Source of the DNA: an uncultured Holophagales bacterium
GTDB lineage: Bacteria > Acidobacteriota > Thermoanaerobaculia > Multivoradales > UBA5704
Direction: 5' to 3'
DNA: 64,000 bases
Assembly: GCA_963842525.1 (NCBI GenBank)
Contig: CAWJGT010000006.1
Location: 193,913 to 257,912, forward strand
In this document: piece after piece, positions 53,913-64,000 of the stretch
Numbering within the stretch: position 1 is the stretch's first letter
Layout: every line of letters starts with the position of its first letter
Translations under genes and position numbers: made by a program
Notes under the pieces: model-generated
What the model saw: the letters and a program-made list of their open reading frames with translations, nothing else
Told to the model about the DNA's origin: nothing
Database searches by the model: none

Positions 53913-55755
53913 CTATCCTGGAGCCAAGCGGAATTCGAGCTGCGCGGCGGTCTCGGCGACGCGGCGCTCATAGTCCTCTCCCTGCACCCGCTCGCGCAGG
54001 CGGTCGCTGACCGGCAGCGCCATGGGCATCGGCTTCCAGGCGAAGGGCTGGCCTGTGCGGGCGTCGAGCACCCGTCCCTCGGCCACGCCGTGGCTGGCCT
54101 CGGCCAGGGGGACGCCGGCGAAGGTCTTCTCCAGCGTGCGCAGCAGGGCTTCGTCGTCGGGAGAGAGGAAACGCAGGTTCTTCCGGCCCTGGCGGGCGGT
54201 GTGGTAGTGGGCCGGCACGAAGAGCAGCCCGTCGAGCTGCAGGCGGTCGCAGACCAGGACGAGGAGCGCGATGACGTCGGCCAGCATTCCCAACCCTGGA
54301 TGTTGCTGGCCGGGCAGGTGGGGACGCTCGGCGGTGAACTGCGCCCGCGGGTTCTGGAGGAGCAGCCATTCGATCCGCAGGAGGGCCAGGCCGGGGACCT
54401 CCTGCCGGTCGATGCGCAGCCGGGTCTCCAGGATCAGCTCGCGCCTGCTCGGCCCGGCGAAGATCCGCACCGTGTCTCCGGTCGGATTGCCGATCTCGGT
54501 CTCGACGACCAGGTCGGCGAAACCGCGGTTGCGCAGCCGGCCGAGGAAGCCGGTCCGCTCCATCGCCAGCTCCAGGCCTGCCGGCGAGTAGTAGCCGAGC
54601 AGGCGGTGCGACCGGCGCAGCCCGCCGAGCATGCCGAGGTCCTCCTCGGTGAGGCCCCAATCGTCGCTGGGAGCGTCGCCGGTCAGCTCGTGCGGGGAGA
54701 AGCTCGCGGGCGATGCGCCGGTAGCGCAGCAGCGTGGACGTTTCCTGATCGGGGGGCTCCAGGGCCTTGCCGCGGTTGAGGAGAGAGGAGAAGAACCGCG
54801 CGCTGTAGCGCCAGGCCTCGGGTCCATAGCCGCCGCCGAGCAGCACGACCAGCGGCGGCTTGCGGGCGCCGCCCCGGACACAGGAGAGGACGAAGCGGTC
54901 GCGCTCCAGCATCCCCTCGGCCGAGACCTTCCAGTTGCCGATGCGGTCGTCGTGGGCCGGGTCGCAGCCGGCGATGTAGAAGACCAGCTCCGGCCGGAAG
55001 CTCGCGACCACAGGTGGAAGATGGATGCGCAGGGCCTCCAGGTACTCCTCGTCGCCGACCTCCCCCGCAAGCTCCATGACGGTCGCAGCCGCGGCGTTGC
55101 GTGCCCGCTCGTCGGGCGTCGAGAGGTTGTGGATCGAGAACGTATGGACCGTCGGGGCCTCGGCGAAGATCGAGCGCGTGCCGTCGCCGTCGTGCAGGTC
55201 GAGGTCGACGACCAGGACCGGACCCGCGAAGCCGCGGGCGCGCAGCTCGGCGATGGCCACGGCGGCGTCGTGGAAGACGCAGAAGCGCTCTCCTTTGTAG
55301 GCGAAGGCGTGGTGCAGCCCGCCGCCGAGGTTGACGGCGATCCCCTTGGACTGGAGCGCGAGGGCGGTGGCGAGGAGGGTGCCGCCCGTCATGGTGCGCT
55401 GCGCCTCCAGGACCCGCTCGGACTGCTCGTCCGAGAGAGCGAAGCCGACGATCGGCGTGAGGGCGCCCGGCCGGTGGAGGGCCTCCAGATACTCGTCGGT
55501 ATGCACCCGCCGGAGGTGGCGGAAGGAGGCCGGGAGCGCCTCATGGACCGCGCGCGCGGGAAGAAGGCCGGTGGCGTCGAGGAAGCTCAGGATTCGTTCG
55601 CCGCGCAGCGGGTCGTTGACGCCGCCGGGCAGGTCGAGCTGGTAGCGCCGGCTGTAGACGAAGTCCGCGGGGTGGCGGCCGGCCAGGCCGAGGAGCCGGC
55701 GCCGGCCGCGGCGAAGCGTGCGGGCGAGAGGGGCGATCAGGGCGAGCGGGCTCAT
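53913..55755 (-). CDS. Histone deacetylase family protein with a C-terminal extension (frameshift at ~54700)
   Basis: GGGLHHA, FCVFHD, DLDLHDGDGT, GCDP, LGGGY. Confidence 0.85.
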
Positions 55756-56045
55756 CGCAGGCGCACCCAGGTGGCGCCCCAGCCGCCGGCCTCCAGGGGC
55801 GCATCGCCGAAGGCTTCGACCCGCGGGTCGCGCCCGAGGAGCGTCCGCACGGTCTGCCGCTGCACGCCGATCCCCCGCCCGTGGATGATGCGAAGCTGCC
55901 GCAGGCCCTTGTCATAGGCGGCGTCGAGGTAGTCGCGCACCACGTCCGCCACCTCGGCCGGCCGGAAGCTGTGGAGATCGAGGACGTCCGTGATCGGGAC
56001 CTCGACCGGTTCCATTTCGTCTGGGGGCTCCTGGTCCTCGTTCAT
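55752..56045 (-). CDS. Smr/MutS2 family protein
   Basis: LDLHSF, IIHGRGIG, GGWGATWV. Confidence 0.9.
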   Translation of the reverse strand: MNEDQEPPDEMEPVEVPITDVLDLHSFRPAEVADVVRDYLDAAYDKGLRQLRIIHGRGIGVQRQTVRTLLGRDPRVEAFGDAPLEAGGWGATWVRLR

Positions 56046-56150
56046 GGTCCTCTCCCTCCACTATAATGGGTTCGTCTTTCGATCCACAGGCGAAATCGGA
56101 TGCGGGCGTACAGGCCCGCGGTCCCCTTTGTCCGGGGGTGAGGTTCTCGG

Positions 56151-58118
56151 ATGCACGGCAGGCAAATGGCCGAGCGCGCTCTGCTGGAGAGCGACGAGCG
56201 CTATCGGGCGGTCATCGACTCGCTGGAGGAGGGCATCGTGATCCACGAGGCCGACGGCACCATCTCCAGTTGCAACGCCAGCGCCTGCCGCATCCTCGGC
56301 CTGTCCGAACGCGCGCTGCTGGGGCGCAGCGCCCGCCACCCCGGCTGGCGCGCGGTCCGCGAGGACGGCAGCCCCTTCGAGCCGGAGAGCGATCCCGCCG
56401 CCATCACCCTGCTGACCGGCCAGCCGTGCTCGCAGGTGGTGATGGGGATCGAGAAGCCGGGCCGGCCGCGCGTCTGGATCTCGATCAATTCGCGCCCGCT
56501 ACGCCGCTCCCCGGAATCGGACCTCTACGCCGTCGCCGTCTCCTTCACCGACATCACGCGGCACAAGGGCACGGAGGAGGAGCTGCGGCGGCGCGCCTTC
56601 CAGCAGGCGGCCATCGCCGATCTCGGGCGCCATGCCCTGGAAGGGACCGGGATCGAGGTGCTGCTCGACGAGGCGGTGCGGCGGACCGCCGCGGTCCTCC
56701 AGGTCGAGCACTGCAAGATCGCGGACAAGCCGGGCGCGGGCGGCCTGCTCCTGCGCGCCAGCACGGGCTGGATGGACCTCGCCGGCCGGCCGGAGCTGGC
56801 GGCGCCGCGGCACGGCAGGGACGGCTCCGTCTCGATGCGCGGGGCGCGGCTCGCCGGGATCAGCGTGCCGATCCCCGGCCGCGAGCGCCCCTGGGGGATG
56901 CTGAGCGCCCACACCCGGGCCGACCGCAGCTTCAGCCCCGAGGACACCGATTTCCTGCAGGCGGTGGCCAACGTCCTCGCCGTGGCCGTCGAACGCCAGC
57001 GTGACCAGGAGGCGGTCCGCGGCGGCCAGGAGCTCATCCGCAAGGCGGCCACCGAGTGGCGGCTCACCTTCGACACGATCGACTATCCGGTCCTCCTGCT
57101 CGAGATGGAGGGTGGAGTCGTACGTGTCAACACGGCGGCTCGCGACCTGGCGGGCCTGCCCTTCGACGAGCTCCTGCAGCGGCCGGTGGCGAGCCTCGGG
57201 GAGGGCGAGCCCTGGACGGCCATCGCCGAGCTGCTGCCCCAAGTGAAAGCCACCGGCGAGGCCGCCTCCACCCAGGTCCGGGATGAGCAGGAGCGGAGCT
57301 GGGACGTGTCGCTGCGGCCGGTCACCCATCTCGACTACCGCGGCGTGGTCGCGGTGGCGCGCGACGTCACCGAGCAGGTCAAGCTCCAGGAGTCGCTGCG
57401 GCGCAGCGAGACCATGTCGGCCATGGGTGGCCTCGTGGCGGGCGTCGCCCACGAGGTGCGCAACCCGCTTTTCGGCATCTCGGCCACCCTCGACGCCTTC
57501 GCATCCCGGTTCAAGCGGCGGACGGAGTACCGGCGCTACCTCGAAGTCCTGCAAGGGGAGGTCGACCGCCTCAACGAGCTGATGCAGGACCTGTTGGACT
57601 ATGGCAAGCCGCTGCGGCTCGTCCTCGCCCCGGAGCGGCCGGACGAGCTGATGCGCCAGGCCATCGCCGCCTGCGAGCCGCTGGCGACGCAGGCAGGCGT
57701 CGAGATCGCCGCGAACGCCGCCCCCGGCCTGCCCTGCCTGCCGGTGGACCGCAACCGGATGGTGCAGGTGTTCCTCAACCTCCTCGAGAACGCGATCCAG
57801 CACTCGCCGCGCGGAGCGCGGGTTGCCTTCCGGGCGGACGAGGCGAGCCCCGGCCGCGCCGCTGGCTCCGGCGGTATCCGCGGCATTCGCTTCCATGTGG
57901 AGGACGACGGCCCCGGCTTCCAGACGCAGGATCTGCCCCGCCTGTTCGAGCCGTTCTTCACCCGCCGCCGGGGCGGCACCGGGCTGGGCCTTTCGATCGT
58001 GCAGCGCATCGTGGAGCAGCATGGCGGCGAGATCGTCCCCGCCAACCGTCCCGCTGGGGGCGCGTCGGTGTCGGTGACCCTGCCGCTTGGCCCGGACCCT
58101 GGAGAGGAGCCCACATGA
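56151..58118 (+). CDS. PAS/GAF/PAS sensor histidine kinase
   Basis: AHEVRNPL H-box, NLLENA, DDGPG, FEPFFT, GTGLGL. Confidence 0.92.
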   Translation: MHGRQMAERALLESDERYRAVIDSLEEGIVIHEADGTISSCNASACRILGLSERALLGRSARHPGWRAVREDGSPFEPESDPAAITLLTGQPCSQVVMGIEKPGRPRVWISINSRPLRRSPESDLYAVAVSFTDITRHKGTEEELRRRAFQQAAIADLGRHALEGTGIEVLLDEAVRRTAAVLQVEHCKIADKPGAGGLLLRASTGWMDLAGRPELAAPRHGRDGSVSMRGARLAGISVPIPGRERPWGMLSAHTRADRSFSPEDTDFLQAVANVLAVAVERQRDQEAVRGGQELIRKAATEWRLTFDTIDYPVLLLEMEGGVVRVNTAARDLAGLPFDELLQRPVASLGEGEPWTAIAELLPQVKATGEAASTQVRDEQERSWDVSLRPVTHLDYRGVVAVARDVTEQVKLQESLRRSETMSAMGGLVAGVAHEVRNPLFGISATLDAFASRFKRRTEYRRYLEVLQGEVDRLNELMQDLLDYGKPLRLVLAPERPDELMRQAIAACEPLATQAGVEIAANAAPGLPCLPVDRNRMVQVFLNLLENAIQHSPRGARVAFRADEASPGRAAGSGGIRGIRFHVEDDGPGFQTQDLPRLFEPFFTRRRGGTGLGLSIVQRIVEQHGGEIVPANRPAGGASVSVTLPLGPDPGEEPT

Positions 58119-58490
58119 AACCGAGGATCCTGATCGTCGACGACGAAGAGCCGATCCTGCTCGCCATGCGCGAATACCTCGCGTCCCGGTTCGAACGTGG
58201 ACTGCGCGCGCGAGCTGGAGGAGGCCGAGGCGCTGCTCTCGCACGTCCGCTACGGCCTGCTGATCGCCGACCTGCGGCTCACCGGCGGGCACAGCAGCGA
58301 AGGGCTGGAGCTGATCCGCTTCGCCCGCGAGCGCTCTCCCTGGACGCGGGTCGTCCTGCTGACCAGCTATGGCTCGCCGGAGCTGGAGAGCGAGGCGATA
58401 AGCCGCGGCGTCGACAGGTTCCTCCAGAAGCCCATGCCGCTCGCCGACCTGGCCCGCATCGCCGCCGACCTGACGAGGGCCACTGCATGA
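58115..58490 (+). CDS. Single-domain response regulator (frameshift at ~58195)
   Basis: RILIVDDE, then LLIADLRL, LLTSYG, FLQKP in the next frame. Confidence 0.85.
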
Positions 58491-59302
58491 GCCTGCTCTG
58501 GAACCGCATCCTCGAGCCGGAGGGGCTGACCACGGAGTTCCAGCCCATTTTCGAGGTGCGCGAGAACGGACGTTCGATCTTCGCCCTGGAGGCGCTCACC
58601 CGCGGCCCGCGCGGCACGAACATCGAGCGCTCGGACGTCCTGTTCGAATACGTGCGGCGCAAGCGGCGGGAGTCCGAGGTCGACCTGCTGGCCATCGAGG
58701 CCGCATTGCGCCACGCCCGCGGCCTGCCGGCGGTGCCGGCCCTCTCGCTCAACGTGCACGCCTCGACCCTGGAGCGCGAGCGGCGGCTCGCGAGCTGGCT
58801 CGCCAGCGCGAGCGAGGAGTACGAGATCCCGCTCGAGCGCATCATCGTAGAGATCGTCGAGCACGCGCCGCCGTGGAGCGGCCCGGGCTTCCTGGCCAGC
58901 CTGGAGGAGCTGCGGGCGATCGGAGTGCGGATCGCCTTGGACGACGTCGGGCTCGGGCAGTCCAATTTCCGCATGATCCTCGACTGCCGGCCCGACCTCC
59001 TGAAGATCGACCGCCATTTCGTCCACGGCGTGCACGCCGATCCGCACCGCCGGGCGGTGCTCGAATCGATCTGCGGGCTGGCGGACCGGCTGGGAGGGCG
59101 GGCGGTGGCGGAGGGGATCGAGGACCCGAAGGATCTGGAGGTCGTGCTCGCGATCGGCATCCCGCTGGTCCAGGGCTACCTCCTCTGTCCCCCCTGCACG
59201 AGCCGCGGCCTGCGGCGCATGGACCTCCTGGAGAGCCACGGCCGGGCGGACGAGCCCACCCAGGAGATCACGTTCATCCCGAAAGGAACGCGTGGCCTGT
59301 GA
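58487..59302 (+). CDS. EAL-domain c-di-GMP phosphodiesterase
   Basis: FQPIF, EALTR, SLNV, EIVE, ALDDVG, KIDR, AEGIE, QGYL. Confidence 0.92.
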   Translation: MSLLWNRILEPEGLTTEFQPIFEVRENGRSIFALEALTRGPRGTNIERSDVLFEYVRRKRRESEVDLLAIEAALRHARGLPAVPALSLNVHASTLERERRLASWLASASEEYEIPLERIIVEIVEHAPPWSGPGFLASLEELRAIGVRIALDDVGLGQSNFRMILDCRPDLLKIDRHFVHGVHADPHRRAVLESICGLADRLGGRAVAEGIEDPKDLEVVLAIGIPLVQGYLLCPPCTSRGLRRMDLLESHGRADEPTQEITFIPKGTRGL

Positions 59303-59324
59303 ACCGTACGCCCGAAGGCTTCCG

Positions 59325-59881
59325 CTGGCCCAGCGCACGCTCCGCAAACCCAGCGTGAGCTCGCGCTGGCGCAGCGTGTCGGGACACTGGCCCAGCGTAC
59401 GCTCCGCAAACCCAGCGTGAGCTCACGCTGGCGCAGCGTGTCGGGACACTGGGCCAGCGTGCGCTCCGCAAACCCAGCGTGAGCTCGCACTGGAGCAGCG
59501 TCCCGAGACACTGGTCCAGCGTACGCTCCGCAAACCCAGCGTGAGCTCACGCTGGCGCAGCGTGTCGGGGCGCTGGCCCAGTGCACGCTCCGCAAACCCA
59601 GCGTGAGCTCGCGCTGGAGCAGCGTGTCGGGACACTGGCCCAGCGTGCGCTCCGCAAACCCAGCGTGAGCTCACGCTGGCGCAGCGTGTCGGGACACTGG
59701 TCCAGCGTACGCTCCGCAAACCCAGCGTGAGCTCACGCTGGCGCAGCGTGTCGGGACGCTAGCCCAGCGTGTGCTCCGCAAACCCAGCGTGAGCTCGCGC
59801 TGGCGCAGCGTGTCGGGACACTGGCTCAGCGTGTGCTCCGCAAACCCAGCGTGAGCTCGCGCTGGAGCAGCGTCTCGGGAC
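59325..59881. repeat. Tandem array of 9 x 62-bp units, each containing a 20-bp palindrome
   Basis: Units start at 59325, 59387, 59449, 59511, 59573, 59635, 59697, 59759 and 59821; core CCAGCGTGAGCTC(A/G)CGCTGG. Confidence 0.92.
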
Positions 59882-60487
59882 TGAAACTGCTTGTCCAGAA
59901 GTTTCGAGACATCTTCTTAGTCCCTGCTTTGAGGGACCGCAGACAACGAGTTGCTTCCTTTACTAGATGCTTGAATTAGCGTGCTCCGCGGCACAGGGTG
60001 TGTCGAGGCAACTGGCCGTGACCCTTCAGTCCGTGCTCGAGGGATCGCGGTTCCTGAGGCCTGACGCGGAAACGTCAGGGGATCCATATGGCGACGCAGA
60101 AGACTCTGGAAGCCGTCCGTCAGGCTGACACGATCTCTCAGAGAGCCATAGAGATAGATCTTGTTCCTGAGAGGGGGCAGAGCCGCGTATCCGTCTGCTG
60201 GAGACGGCGAAGCCCCCTCCGGGATGCCTTATCGTCCTTCACCAGTCGCGTTGACTCTCCCCGAGCGAAGGCGTATCCTTCTTCAAGTCGAGGCACGAGA
60301 ACACGTTACGAGCAAGAAAGCGAAGAGCCGTGGGTTCTTATGCGGCGCGTAGAAGCCTTAAAAGGTGGTCGCTCCCCGCAGAGGTTAGGCTGCACGGGAA
60401 GCATCCGTTGACACCGTAATGAGGGTGAGTGCGCTACACCTGCTTTTGCGCGGAGCACCAAGGTCCTTCAGAGCACATGAGGTGAAC

Positions 60488-60931
60488 ATGCCCACGCCCT
60501 TCGTCCCAGACCTGTCTTCACGCCCATTCTCGATGACCGTCGAGCGCCAAATGGTTGCATCGGCCGAGCTCATCTATGACGCCTGGACTAGACGTTTCGA
60601 CAAGTGGTTTGCCCAGCCGGGTGAGCTAATCATGACGCCGAATGAAGGGAGTCTTTTCTTCTTCTACAACCGACACGACTGGGGGCGACACGCTCACTAC
60701 GGACGGTTTCTGGAACTTATCAAGAACGAGCGAGTGAGAATGACCTGGCTGACCGGCGCGCCTGGCACCTACGGTGACGAAACGGTAATTGAGGTCGCGC
60801 TAAGCCCTCGAGAGAGGGGCACCCTCCTTCGACTCACCCACTCAGGCTTCAGCACCAAAGAAGCCTGCAAGGCGCACCAGGACAACTGGCCAGCTGCCCT
60901 GGAGGCACTGGACGAGGCTCTGCGTCCTTAG
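60488..60931 (+). CDS. SRPBCC/AHSA1-like protein, cassette-like
   Basis: ERQMVASAELIYDAWT, GRFLELIKNERVRMTW, GTLLRLTHSG...HQDNW; lower GC; followed by attC. Confidence 0.8.
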   Translation: MPTPFVPDLSSRPFSMTVERQMVASAELIYDAWTRRFDKWFAQPGELIMTPNEGSLFFFYNRHDWGRHAHYGRFLELIKNERVRMTWLTGAPGTYGDETVIEVALSPRERGTLLRLTHSGFSTKEACKAHQDNWPAALEALDEALRP

Positions 60932-60975
60932 AGCACGGGACCTAGCACGCAAAGTTGTTGGCAATGAAGCGTGCT

Positions 60976-61079
60976 GCCTAACCAATCGTTCAAGCGGACA
61001 TTTGGGCCGCATCCAGCATGTTCCTGATCTTGTAACATGCTGGGCGCGGCCCAAATGCCGCTTAACTCCGGCGTTCGGC
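60976..61079 (+). mobile_element. Integron attC recombination site
   Basis: R'' GCCTAAC, L'' GTTCAAGC, long imperfect palindrome with extrahelical bases, L' GCTTAAC, R' GTTCGGC. Confidence 0.8.
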
Positions 61080-61142
61080 GTCAGAGCAGGAAACGTAGCA
61101 TGAGGCCGGCGAGCAACGTCAACTGCTCGAAGAGAGGGAACC

Positions 61143-61508
61143 GTGCCGACCTACACAAATCGCGAGCGCATTGTCGCTCTTGTTGCTCTCTGCTTCGCCT
61201 TGATCTACCAGATCTACGCTGTCGTGGCTGCTGTCTGGAAGGCACCGGTCTTCGCGCAACTCTTCGCTGGCCTCGGCGGCCCTCTACCCTTCATTACCCG
61301 AGCCTTCTTCTTAACGCGACTCTTCTGGTGGCTGATCCCCATAGCCTTTGCGGCACTGTCCTTTGACGTCCTGCGACGCCCGGATCCCTCCCTCCGCTAC
61401 TTTGTTTTCGTGCTCGTCGGCTCCGTATTGGCTGCATTCTTCATGCACACTTGGCTTGTCGAGGCCATGTATGCTCCTATGTATCGGATCCTTCGAAACA
61501 TTGGGTGA
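61143..61508 (+). CDS. Small 3-TM membrane protein, cassette-like
   Basis: RBS GAGGG; three hydrophobic helices; PVFAQLFAGLGGPLPFITR resembles a PilC/GspF segment; directly after attC. Confidence 0.6.
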   Translation: MPTYTNRERIVALVALCFALIYQIYAVVAAVWKAPVFAQLFAGLGGPLPFITRAFFLTRLFWWLIPIAFAALSFDVLRRPDPSLRYFVFVLVGSVLAAFFMHTWLVEAMYAPMYRILRNIG

Positions 61509-61516
61509 CAATCAGC

Positions 61517-64000
61517 CTACCGGAACAATTTCAAGAACACCAGATACAGCACGAACCCATCGTCCGGGCCGGCCACCGGGACGCCCACGTCCAGGTTGAC
61601 CACGGTCTGCCAGGGGCCGATGAAGGTCCCGGCGAGGCCCACGCCGCTCGAGAGCTCGTTTTTGAGGCCGGTCACCTCGTCCGTGGCCCAGGCGGCGTCG
61701 GCCACCGCGTCCAATCGCAGGAACTCGCCGATCTCGAAGCCGTAGGTGAGGTGGGCGGCCCAGGCCTCCTCGGCCCGCACGCGGTTGCTCTGATAGCCGT
61801 GCACCCGGGTGCCGCCGAAGAAGCCGAACTGATACTTGCTGAAGCGGTCGAGGTTCGAGCCGCCGACGTAGTCGATCTCGGCGCCGACCTTCTGGAACCG
61901 GGGGAGATACCAGTTCTTGCTCGCCCGCACCTGCCAGCGCTGGAACTCCTTGAAATCCGGGTTGTACTCGGGATTGCCCGGCCTGCCCCAAGGCTCCCAC
62001 TCCGAGCGCCGGCTGGAGCTGCCCGTCAGAGAGAAGCCGTAGCCGGCGCGCGAAAATGAAGCGCTGAGCTCCAGCGAATGCGTCAGGTTGTCGCTCGGCA
62101 CCACAAAATCCGAGGCCGTGTTGTCCGTGTCGCCATACTGGAGGACGAGCACGTCATAGTCGAGGCCGAGCTTGACGAAGTTGCCAAGTGGATGGCCGAG
62201 CTTGAGCCCGAAGCTTCCCGTTCGCGCTTCCACCTCCTCGGTCGGCACCTCGCCCTCAGGCCGGAAATAGTTGTCGGTGAACGGGATGCCTAGGGCGAAA
62301 GCATCGGCGCCGAGGTCGAAGCGGCTGCCGAAGAGCCGCGGGTCGGCCAGGTTGACCGTCAGCAGGGGACCGGCGAAGAAGAGGTTGAACTGGCTGCCGG
62401 TGCCGCGGAGGTCCAGGTTGAAGTAGTTCACGCCGGCCAGGGGGAGCGGATAGTCGAGGGAGTCGTCATAGAAGACGCCGCCCGCGGCGAAGATCTTGCT
62501 GGTGTCGAACCCCTCCTTGACCACGCGCTCGCCGGACTCGTCCTTGACCAGGTAGCGCAGCCCCTTGTCCGTATCGCGCACCATGGTCATCTCGGACGAG
62601 GCGACCTCGGCGCGCCGTTCCTCGTAGTCGGGGCCGTTGATGTGGACATTGGTCAGCAGGGTCTCGCGCTCGACCACGGTCGTGGCATTGACCACCGAGA
62701 GGATCTGCTGCGCCACCAGCCGCAGCGGCAGGATGTAGCTCTGGGCCGACCATCCGGCCGGGTTCCCCTGGCCGTCGATCGGTGTGTAGTGCATGGTCTC
62801 CTCGTTGGAGATGACCTCCCCTTCGAGGCCCACCTGCACGGCCCGGGTACGCAGCCGGGAGTAGAGCTGGCGGTCGACCCAGACGGTCCCCTGGTAGAGC
62901 TTGCCGGCGGCACCCCCCTCCTCGCCGGCCGCTGGGGCGAAGTCGACCACCCAGGCGTCACGGCCGTCGATCTTGTCCGTCCCGCGCAACCGGTAGCGGT
63001 ACTGCCTGCTGAAGTGGATGGCGAGCGGCATGGCCGCAGCCTTCTCCGGCTGGATCAGCGGGATCTCGGGGAGCGTCTTGCCGCGCCATTTGACGCCGTT
63101 GACGTAGAGGGTCTCCCAGGCCCAGTCGATGCCCGTGGGGCCGGAGAAGAAGGGGCCCTGGAGCGTGGCCTCGACGGTCTGCGAGCCCGCCGCCGGCTGG
63201 AAGCGCAGATGGGTCGTGTTGGTGGCGCTGTAGTGGTCGAGCCGCCGGTTCTGGGCGTCCTCGAAGGCCTGGAGGCGGCGCAGGATCTCTTCGACCGGCA
63301 TCTCGCGCTGCGAGGCGACGGTCAATTTTTCTGCCACTCCTTCGCGCTCCTCGGCCGTCTGCCGTTCGAGCCCGAGCACGGCCACCCGCCCGGGGTCCGC
63401 CACTTCGAGCTCCAGGCCCGTGGCGGTCACCCGGCCGCTGGGCGGGGCGACCCTGCCCGGCGCATACGGGAACCGGATGGGCCGGCGCAGGCTCGGGTCC
63501 GGGAAGTTGAGGCTCAGCACGGAGCTCCCTTCCGGAGCCCGCGCGATGACCCGCAGCCCGAGGTCCTTGCCGCGCACGAAGCTCCAGGCCTCCGTCGCAC
63601 CCTGGGGCGCCGAGGTCGGGTCATAGGACAGGTCGCCGGAGAATTCGCGAGCCAGCAGGGCGAGGGGCCGGAGCGCCGCGAGCGGCAGGGAGGACGTGCG
63701 GAACAGCGCCAGATCGAACCCCGCCGCGGCGGCGCGGGCGGCTTCGGACAGCACCTCAGCCGGGGGATCGGGGAACGGCAGGGCGTCGAGCACCATCGGC
63801 CGTCCAGGGTCGAGCCTCTGCACCGCCTCGCGGGCCGCCGCGAGCGCCGGCTCCGTCCCCGGCTGGAGCGCGACCGCTTCGAGGTAGGCCGCGACCTCCT
63901 CCTGGTAGAGGGCTTCGAGGAAGCTGACCTGGAGGGGAAGGGGCTGGGTGGCGACGAGAGCATCCGCCTGCGCACCGGTCAGGGCCACGGCGGCGCGCTT
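61517..64000 (-). CDS. Large hypothetical outer-membrane protein (5' end outside the window)
   Basis: Open frame of more than 820 aa; alternating beta-strand pattern in the C-terminal half ending YLVFLKLFR. Confidence 0.7.
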   Translation of the reverse strand, partial: KRAAVALTGAQADALVATQPLPLQVSFLEALYQEEVAAYLEAVALQPGTEPALAAAREAVQRLDPGRPMVLDALPFPDPPAEVLSEAARAAAAGFDLALFRTSSLPLAALRPLALLAREFSGDLSYDPTSAPQGATEAWSFVRGKDLGLRVIARAPEGSSVLSLNFPDPSLRRPIRFPYAPGRVAPPSGRVTATGLELEVADPGRVAVLGLERQTAEEREGVAEKLTVASQREMPVEEILRRLQAFEDAQNRRLDHYSATNTTHLRFQPAAGSQTVEATLQGPFFSGPTGIDWAWETLYVNGVKWRGKTLPEIPLIQPEKAAAMPLAIHFSRQYRYRLRGTDKIDGRDAWVVDFAPAAGEEGGAAGKLYQGTVWVDRQLYSRLRTRAVQVGLEGEVISNEETMHYTPIDGQGNPAGWSAQSYILPLRLVAQQILSVVNATTVVERETLLTNVHINGPDYEERRAEVASSEMTMVRDTDKGLRYLVKDESGERVVKEGFDTSKIFAAGGVFYDDSLDYPLPLAGVNYFNLDLRGTGSQFNLFFAGPLLTVNLADPRLFGSRFDLGADAFALGIPFTDNYFRPEGEVPTEEVEARTGSFGLKLGHPLGNFVKLGLDYDVLVLQYGDTDNTASDFVVPSDNLTHSLELSASFSRAGYGFSLTGSSSRRSEWEPWGRPGNPEYNPDFKEFQRWQVRASKNWYLPRFQKVGAEIDYVGGSNLDRFSKYQFGFFGGTRVHGYQSNRVRAEEAWAAHLTYGFEIGEFLRLDAVADAAWATDEVTGLKNELSSGVGLAGTFIGPWQTVVNLDVGVPVAGPDDGFVLYLVFLKLFR

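Noticed and set aside
58115-59302. REC-EAL fusion as one ORF
   Set aside because: The receiver domain continues in another frame and stops at 58490; EAL starts at its own ATG at 58487
59325-59881. CRISPR array
   Set aside because: The sequence between palindromes is near-identical in every unit (no unique spacers) and no cas genes are present
60088-60411. Protein-coding ORF before the eroded attC end
   Set aside because: No recognisable motifs or clear RBS; may be cassette debris

Overview
High-GC bacterial chromosomal window, probably Acidobacteriota (Thermoanaerobaculia-like). The taxonomy is inferred from gene content and repeat families and is not proven. Housekeeping genes include an Lhr helicase, a Thr/Ser dehydratase, an ABC/M1 aminopeptidase, FadI, a CoA-transferase, PanE, a PlsB-like acyltransferase, ProRS, an HDAC, Smr and a PAS kinase-regulator-EAL cluster. 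Main highlights: (1) a ~10.5 kb operon of five dynamin-like GTPases (38977-49450), built by duplication, whose last member is fused to a caspase-like CHAT protease with an intact His/Cys dyad; (2) a recurring module of a small secreted peptide with a G-[IV]-D-P-[ND]-G core next to a TPR protein (one TPR carries an anti-sigma-like Zn motif, one module has a sigma-region-2-only gene), resembling a peptide-signalling system; (3) a candidate selenoprotein with an in-frame UGA (36879) followed by a SECIS-like hairpin; (4) an orphan integron attC site with cassette-like genes next to a 9x62-bp palindromic tandem array; (5) several palindromic REP/MITE families, including an in-frame insertion inside Lhr. 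Many single-base frameshifts in otherwise intact genes suggest assembly or sequencing indels, so pseudogene calls are tentative. All family assignments come from motif recognition by eye; no database searches were run.
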